Assembly (NCBI GenBank): GCA_002408465.1
Contig: DHSM01000022.1
Location: 81,555-145,554, forward strand
Origin: Firmicutes bacterium UBA5286
GTDB taxonomy: Bacteria; Bacillota; Proteinivoracia; UBA4975
Direction of reading: 5' to 3'
Length of the DNA: 64,000 nt
Under the pieces are notes generated by a model. That model saw nothing but the letters and a program-made list of their open reading frames with translations. It was not told the origin of the DNA and did no database searches. Numbering within the stretch: position 1 is the first letter of the stretch; every line of letters starts with the position of its first letter. Below, in pieces: positions 58,881-64,000 of this stretch. The translations under genes were made by a program, and so were the position numbers.

Positions 58881-59711
58881 TTATTTCGGAACTCTTATGG
58901 TAATTTCATAGTAATCCTTATGTTCATTATGACTGACTTGGGGTTTTAAACCAATTTGCTCCATGGTGGCAACTGCCTGACGAATGGTATTGAGCACAAT
59001 TCGATAGTCGCGGATAACAAATTTCTGCGTTCCCGCGGGTTTGCCGGCTTCCTTATTGTCTGCCATCAAATCCTCAATAAGGTCTTCGGTCTGGCGAACG
59101 TTCAGGCTGAGGCGGATGATCTTTTCGAGCACCTTTTCCTGACTCTTGCTGTCGGGAAGCTTTAAAAGAGCGCGGGCGTGCCGTTCGGAAAGCCCTGCCT
59201 GCAGGAGCTTGTACTGAATAGAATCAGCCAGCTTTAATAGACGCATCTTGTTGGCAATTGTAGACTGGCTTTTGCCAATCCTTTGGGCCAGGACCTCTTG
59301 GGTAAGGCCGAACTCATCCAGCAAGCGCTGATACCCTTTGGCCTCTTCAAAAAAGTCCAGGTCCTCCCGTTGCAGGTTTTCAATCAGGGCAATGGCGGCC
59401 ATAGCAGAATCATTAACATCCCTAATCACTGCAGGAATTCTTGTCCATCCTAACAGTTTGCAGGCCCGAAGCCTTCTCTCCCCGGCCACAAGCTGGAACC
59501 CCTTTTCTTGGCGCCTGACAAGTACTGGCTGCAGCAGTCCGTAAGTGCGGATAGATTGTGCCAACTCGTCAAGATTATCCTCGTCAAAGCGTTGTCTGGG
59601 CTGAAAAGGATTGGGACTGATGTCGGCACAACTCAATTCCCTGGTTTCCTCCACATTGGAACCTTCTGTCCCAAGAAGTAGTTTATTGAGACTTTCTCGC
59701 ACAATAATCAC
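58881..59711 (-). CDS. noc: Nucleoid occlusion protein Noc (ParB paralog)
   Basis: 276 aa. ParB-family GERRLRACKLLG. Position between rsmG and soj. Confidence 0.75.
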   Translation of the reverse strand: MIIVRESLNKLLLGTEGSNVEETRELSCADISPNPFQPRQRFDEDNLDELAQSIRTYGLLQPVLVRRQEKGFQLVAGERRLRACKLLGWTRIPAVIRDVNDSAMAAIALIENLQREDLDFFEEAKGYQRLLDEFGLTQEVLAQRIGKSQSTIANKMRLLKLADSIQYKLLQAGLSERHARALLKLPDSKSQEKVLEKIIRLSLNVRQTEDLIEDLMADNKEAGKPAGTQKFVIRDYRIVLNTIRQAVATMEQIGLKPQVSHNEHKDYYEITIRVPK

Positions 59712-59778
59712 CCTCTCTTAAATCAAGGTTACTGGAGTATTCGCTATTATAAAGTACAACTCCTGCAGAAAGACAAAA

Positions 59779-60486
59779 TTACAACGGCTTCTTAGCGGGC
59801 ATACCTGGTCTGCGAGGATAAACTGACGGCGTTGGGCTAATTTTATCGATTACCACCAGGCAACGTTGGTCTCCGGGGGGAAGACTGTAAAAATGAACCT
59901 GGCGAACTCGCCCTCCCAGCAGCCTGAAAGCATTTTCAGCCGCTGCCGCCTCTTCGGCGCCGCTAGGGCCTTTCATGGCCAAACAGCATCCTCCCAAGGC
60001 AAGGAGAGGCAAACAGTATTCACAGATGACTGACAGGCCGGCAACAGCCCTAGTGACAGTCAGAGAAAAAGTTTCCCGCTTGGGACCCTGACCTAAATTT
60101 TCGGCCCGCTCCCAGAGAATGTCTGCCTCTACAGCCAGCTCTTGACAGCAGTGACGCAAAAAAGCAGCCTTTTTTGCTGCCGCCTCCACCAAAGTGAGCT
60201 TTATTTCTGGATAGACAATTTTTAACGGCAAGCCGGGAAAGCCTGCTCCGGTTCCTATATCAACCAATGAGGAGGCCGCGAGAGCAATAAATTTACCTGG
60301 AAAAAGAGAATCGCAGATATGTTTATAGATAAAATCCCGGGGCTCGATGAGGGCGGTAAGATTAATTTTTTTGTTCCATTCAACAAGGATTTGATAGTAC
60401 TGGCAGAGTTGATCCAGGCAGCGGCTGGAATGGGGGAAACCGTTTTCCGCCAAAACCTGCTCTAATTCAGTGCGCATGGCGGCCAC
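59779..60486 (-). CDS. rsmG: 16S rRNA (guanine527-N7)-methyltransferase RsmG
   Basis: 235 aa. SAM motif [15 protein letters not shown]. Confidence 0.9.
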   Translation of the reverse strand: MAAMRTELEQVLAENGFPHSSRCLDQLCQYYQILVEWNKKINLTALIEPRDFIYKHICDSLFPGKFIALAASSLVDIGTGAGFPGLPLKIVYPEIKLTLVEAAAKKAAFLRHCCQELAVEADILWERAENLGQGPKRETFSLTVTRAVAGLSVICEYCLPLLALGGCCLAMKGPSGAEEAAAAENAFRLLGGRVRQVHFYSLPPGDQRCLVVIDKISPTPSVYPRRPGMPAKKPL

Positions 60487-62353
60487 CCTTTTGTTTTATA
60501 TGGATGGAAAGTACTGATACATCTGCTGGGGAGACTCCTGAGATTCTGGAAGCCTGGCCTAAAGTCTGAGGCTTGAATTTGCTAAGTTTTTCTCTGGCCT
60601 CAGCAGAAAGACCCAGTATCTCATTGTACTGGAGACAGGAGGGGAGCAGGGTTGTCTCTAAGCGGCGCATCCTTTCCACCTGTTGCCTTTGTTTGTCAAC
60701 ATATCCTCGGTACTTAAACTCCGTTTCAACCACCTGAAGCATTTCCTTGTCTAATACAGATAAAGATGGAACCAACGGCGCCAGATCAGTCAGAGCAATC
60801 TCTGGCCGCAAAATTATCTCCGTCAACGGAGCAGATTGTGTCAGAAGGCTGCTGCCTCTTACCTGCAAAAGGGGGTTGATGTCCTTAGGGGCAACTTTAG
60901 TTTTCGCCAGCTCTTCCATGGCCTCAAGGATTAGAGCCTGTTTATTTTGGAAGATTCTAAACCGTTCCTCGCAAAGAAGTCCCACTTGATGTCCTATGGG
61001 AGAAAGGCGCTGATCGGCATTGTCCTGGCGCAGCAACAGGCGAAATTCCGCTCGAGAAGTCAGCATGCGATAGGGTTCATTAGTGCCCTTAATGGTCAAG
61101 TCGTCGATAAGGACGCCAATATAAGCCTGGGAGCGCTGGAGGATAATTTCTCCCTTGCCTTGCACCCTGCGGGCAGCATTGATTCCTGCCATCAATCCCT
61201 GGGCTGCCGCCTCTTCATATCCTGAAGTGCCATTAATCTGGCCGGCACAAAACAAGCCCGGAATTTCTTTGGCTTCCAAAGTAAGTTTCAGCTGCGTGGG
61301 AACCACGACATCGTATTCAATGGCATAACCTGGCCTGAGCATTTCTGCTTGCTCCAGGCCGGGGATGGTGTGCAAAAAGGCCTCCTGTACATCTTCCGGC
61401 AAGCTGGACGATATGCCCTGGACGTAGTATTCATTGGTACTTGCCCCTTCGGGCTCAATAAACAGCTGATGGCGATCTTTATCGGGAAAACGCACAATCT
61501 TATCTTCTATGGAAGGGCAGTAGCGGGGGCCAACCCCCTCAATAATCCCGGTAAAAAGAGGGGCCCTGTGCAAATTTTCTTTGATTATGCGATGAGTTTC
61601 AGAAGTTGTATAGGTCAGCCAGCACTGTGCCTGTTCCCGCTTGACCGGCGCCGCCCAAAAAGAAAAACTTAAGGGCGAATCAGCACCGGGCTGAGGTTTC
61701 ATTTTTGCAAAATCCAAGGTGCAGCCATTGACTCGTGGGGGGGTGCCGGTTTTAAACCGAATCAGCGCCAAGCCCAGTTCCCTTAAAGAACGGGAAAGCT
61801 GGGGCGGCCCTTCCTGGGCATTGGGACCGCCTGGCCAAGTTTTTTCCCCGATGATCATCCGAGATGCCGTATAGGTTCCCGGAGTGACAATTAAATTGGG
61901 CGCATAAAAACCGGTGCCCAGGCGGGTGGTAACACCCTTAATGCCGTCGCTGTCAGCGTTGATAGTTTCCACAACAGCCTGACGCATTGTTAAATTAGGC
62001 TGTTCCTCCAACACTTTCTTCATCCTCTGCTGATAGGCGACTTTGTCGGCCTGAGCTCGCAGGGAATGCACTGCAGGACCTTTATTGGTGTTGAGCATGC
62101 GGATCTGAATCAAAGTTTCATTAATATTGCGTCCCATTTCCCCGCCTAGGGCATCGATTTCCCGGACCAAATGGGCTTTGGCGGGACCGCCAATCGAGGG
62201 GTTGCAGGGCATGAGGGCGACAGCATCCAGATTCATGGTCAAGAGCAAAACCTGACAATTCATCCTGGCCGCTGCCAGGGCGGCTTCACAACCGGCGTGG
62301 CCTGCGCCGATGACGATAACATCAAATTTATGTCCATTGGCCAAAGCAAGCAC
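60467..62353 (-). CDS. mnmG: tRNA uridine-5-carboxymethylaminomethyl modification enzyme MnmG (GidA)
   Basis: 628 aa. FAD motif [15 protein letters not shown]. Confidence 0.95.
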   Translation of the reverse strand: MLALANGHKFDVIVIGAGHAGCEAALAAARMNCQVLLLTMNLDAVALMPCNPSIGGPAKAHLVREIDALGGEMGRNINETLIQIRMLNTNKGPAVHSLRAQADKVAYQQRMKKVLEEQPNLTMRQAVVETINADSDGIKGVTTRLGTGFYAPNLIVTPGTYTASRMIIGEKTWPGGPNAQEGPPQLSRSLRELGLALIRFKTGTPPRVNGCTLDFAKMKPQPGADSPLSFSFWAAPVKREQAQCWLTYTTSETHRIIKENLHRAPLFTGIIEGVGPRYCPSIEDKIVRFPDKDRHQLFIEPEGASTNEYYVQGISSSLPEDVQEAFLHTIPGLEQAEMLRPGYAIEYDVVVPTQLKLTLEAKEIPGLFCAGQINGTSGYEEAAAQGLMAGINAARRVQGKGEIILQRSQAYIGVLIDDLTIKGTNEPYRMLTSRAEFRLLLRQDNADQRLSPIGHQVGLLCEERFRIFQNKQALILEAMEELAKTKVAPKDINPLLQVRGSSLLTQSAPLTEIILRPEIALTDLAPLVPSLSVLDKEMLQVVETEFKYRGYVDKQRQQVERMRRLETTLLPSCLQYNEILGLSAEAREKLSKFKPQTLGQASRISGVSPADVSVLSIHIKQKGGRHAH

Positions 62354-63718
62354 CTACTTTCCCAAACAAAAACGTTGAAAGATACTGTCCAGAAGATCAT
62401 CAGTCCAAACCGCACCGGTAATTTCCCCCAGTGCCTGCCAGGCCTGGCGCAAGTCCAATGCCAACAAGTCCGAAGGCAAGGTCTCCCAATTGGCGGCAAC
62501 CTGGCGCAAAAGCCCGGCGGCCGTCACCAGAGCCTGATAATGACGCTGATTGCTGATAAATGTGGTATCAGGGCTAAACTTGCCGCTGATAAACAGATTT
62601 TCAATTTCATCTTTTAAAGCTTCAATGCCCTGTTCCTGGAGAGCGGAAATTTCCGTGATGTGCTGAAACCCCCTGGCGGCTATTTCCCCTGCATCAATAA
62701 CTGCAGGCAGATCTGTTTTATTGAGCACTACAATAGCGTTATCCCTGCTTACATTCTGCAAAAGCAGGTCATCTTCTTCGGTTAAGGGACGAGAGGTATC
62801 TAAAATCAGGAGAATAAGATCTGCCTGTTCTGCAAGCTTGCGTGCCCGCTCAATGCCAATCTTCTCAATAACGTCGCCGGATTCCCGGATGCCGGCGGTA
62901 TCGGCCAAACGCAGGGGTATGCCCCTGATAGTCACAGGCACTTCCAGCACATCCCGGGTTGTGCCAGGAATGTCAGTGACTATAGCCCGTTCCTCGCCGG
63001 CCAAAATATTGAGGAGTGAGGATTTGCCTACGTTAGGACTGCCTAAAATTACAGTCACGACCCCATCCCGATAGATTTTGCCCTCTTGATATGTACTCTG
63101 CAGGCCTTCTAAAACAGTAATTTGCTGTTCCAGCGTTGCCGCTGCCTTGTCCCGGCCAGGTAAATCAAGCTCCGCCTCAGGATAATCAATCTCTGCTTCA
63201 ATCCAGGCCAAAACAGAGATAACCTTATCCCTGATCGCTTCAATGGCTGCCGACAGTCTTCCCCTGTAATGGGAGCGAGCGATCTCGGCTGCTTTGTTAG
63301 AGCTGGCGCTAATAAGGTCAGATATAGATTCAGCCTGAGCTAAATCAATCCGTCCGTTTAGAAAAGCCCGCTTGCTGAATTCACCGGGCTCTGCAAGCCG
63401 AACGCCTAAGTCAAATATTGCCCTGAGCATGGTCTGAAGGATAACTATTCCTCCGTGACAGTGAAACTCTACCACATCTTCTCCGGTAAAGGATCGGGGG
63501 GATTTAAACCAAACAAATAAGCCAGTATCAATATGTTTCCCTTTTGAGTCGGTAAAATCGCCAAAATACATCCTGCCCGGAGAAAAGGCGACCTTGCGCT
63601 TAGGGTTAAAAAGCTTGGCCCCGAGAGCCGCGGCCTTCTCGCCGCTAATTCTGATTATGCCTATCCCGCCGAATCCCGGAGGGGTGGCAACAGCAGCAAT
63701 TGTATCAAGGGTATACAT
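62354..63718 (-). CDS. mnmE: tRNA modification GTPase MnmE (likely start MYTLDTIAAV; the track ORF starts at 63763)
   Basis: G domain GSPNVGKSSL, DTAG, NKTD. C-terminal CLGK. Confidence 0.95.
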   Translation of the reverse strand: MYTLDTIAAVATPPGFGGIGIIRISGEKAAALGAKLFNPKRKVAFSPGRMYFGDFTDSKGKHIDTGLFVWFKSPRSFTGEDVVEFHCHGGIVILQTMLRAIFDLGVRLAEPGEFSKRAFLNGRIDLAQAESISDLISASSNKAAEIARSHYRGRLSAAIEAIRDKVISVLAWIEAEIDYPEAELDLPGRDKAAATLEQQITVLEGLQSTYQEGKIYRDGVVTVILGSPNVGKSSLLNILAGEERAIVTDIPGTTRDVLEVPVTIRGIPLRLADTAGIRESGDVIEKIGIERARKLAEQADLILLILDTSRPLTEEDDLLLQNVSRDNAIVVLNKTDLPAVIDAGEIAARGFQHITEISALQEQGIEALKDEIENLFISGKFSPDTTFISNQRHYQALVTAAGLLRQVAANWETLPSDLLALDLRQAWQALGEITGAVWTDDLLDSIFQRFCLGK

Positions 63719-63789
63719 CATCAGCCCTCCCTTTGCCAGTATACTAGCATATAAAAACCACAAAAAACAACAACCGGCCTCATGGCCGG

Positions 63790-64000
63790 TTAATCTCGCT
63801 TCAGATCTATGACAACTCTGCGGGAAGGTTCTTCGCCAATGCTGTAAGTTACAACATCATGGTCATCGCTGAGAGCCATGTGCACCAGGCGGCGCTCAGC
63901 GGGAGTCATGGGCTCGAGAGCAATTTTGCGTCCTGTCTTGACTGCCTTTTGCTTGGCAGACAGGGCATTCTTCTGGATGGTAAGACGGCGTTTTTCTCTG
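63790..64000 (-). CDS. khpB: Jag/KhpB RNA-binding protein, C-terminal R3H part only (partial, continues beyond window)
   Basis: Manual translation ...LEPMTPAERRLVHMALSDDHDVVTYSIGEEPSRRVVIDLKRD* shows an R3H motif. The stop is at 63790-63792. A GC hairpin (ccggcc-atga-ggccgg) follows. Confidence 0.8.
   Translation of the reverse strand, partial: REKRRLTIQKNALSAKQKAVKTGRKIALEPMTPAERRLVHMALSDDHDVVTYSIGEEPSRRVVIDLKRD

Overview
This window is the origin-proximal region of a roughly 55% GC, endospore-forming Firmicutes chromosome, probably a Clostridia or Peptococcaceae-type organism. Almost every gene is on the minus strand. The right end carries the classic block jag/khpB(partial)-mnmE-mnmG-rsmG-noc-soj-spo0J with a perfect parS site, and dnaA would lie just beyond 64000. 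Going leftward the order is: aminotransferase class V, fold-type-III PLP enzyme, DUF4446, M23 peptidase, bactofilin, yyaC, YyaD/YkvI-like, CvpA-like, DUF951(yyzM), rpsF-ssb-rpsR, MazG-like, rplI, five tRNAs (Lys-Glu-Asp-Phe-Thr), LysM/M23 peptidase, walR-walK-yycH-yycI-(murA paralog)-walJ-htrA-CxxH/CxxC-rlmH, a DnaJ-domain protein, a BON protein, a DinG-family helicase with an N-terminal RadC-like JAB domain, PBP1A, the polyamine operon pdaD-speE-speB, a sigma-54 activator, a lysine-fermentation cluster (kdd-kamA-two accessory ATPases-kamD-kamE and kal-kce) wrapped around the conserved pyrG-spo0F-fba-tal-glpX-tdk-DUF1385-prfA-prmC block, an SDR/TetR divergent pair, sigG translationally coupled to spoIIR, Rrf2-iscS-iscU, and a Na/Pi cotransporter. 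The most unusual feature is a roughly 2-kb AT-rich islet (47961..49981) between DUF951 and rpsF. It is flanked by perfect 34-bp direct repeats that are copies of the rpsF sigma-A promoter, has imperfect inverted repeats just inside both direct repeats (an attL/attR-like geometry), and has no integrase. It carries one 201-aa four-TM membrane protein and unexplained small transcription units with intrinsic terminators. All coordinates are from manual reading. No database searches were run, and the protein family calls are from recognised motifs and memory.
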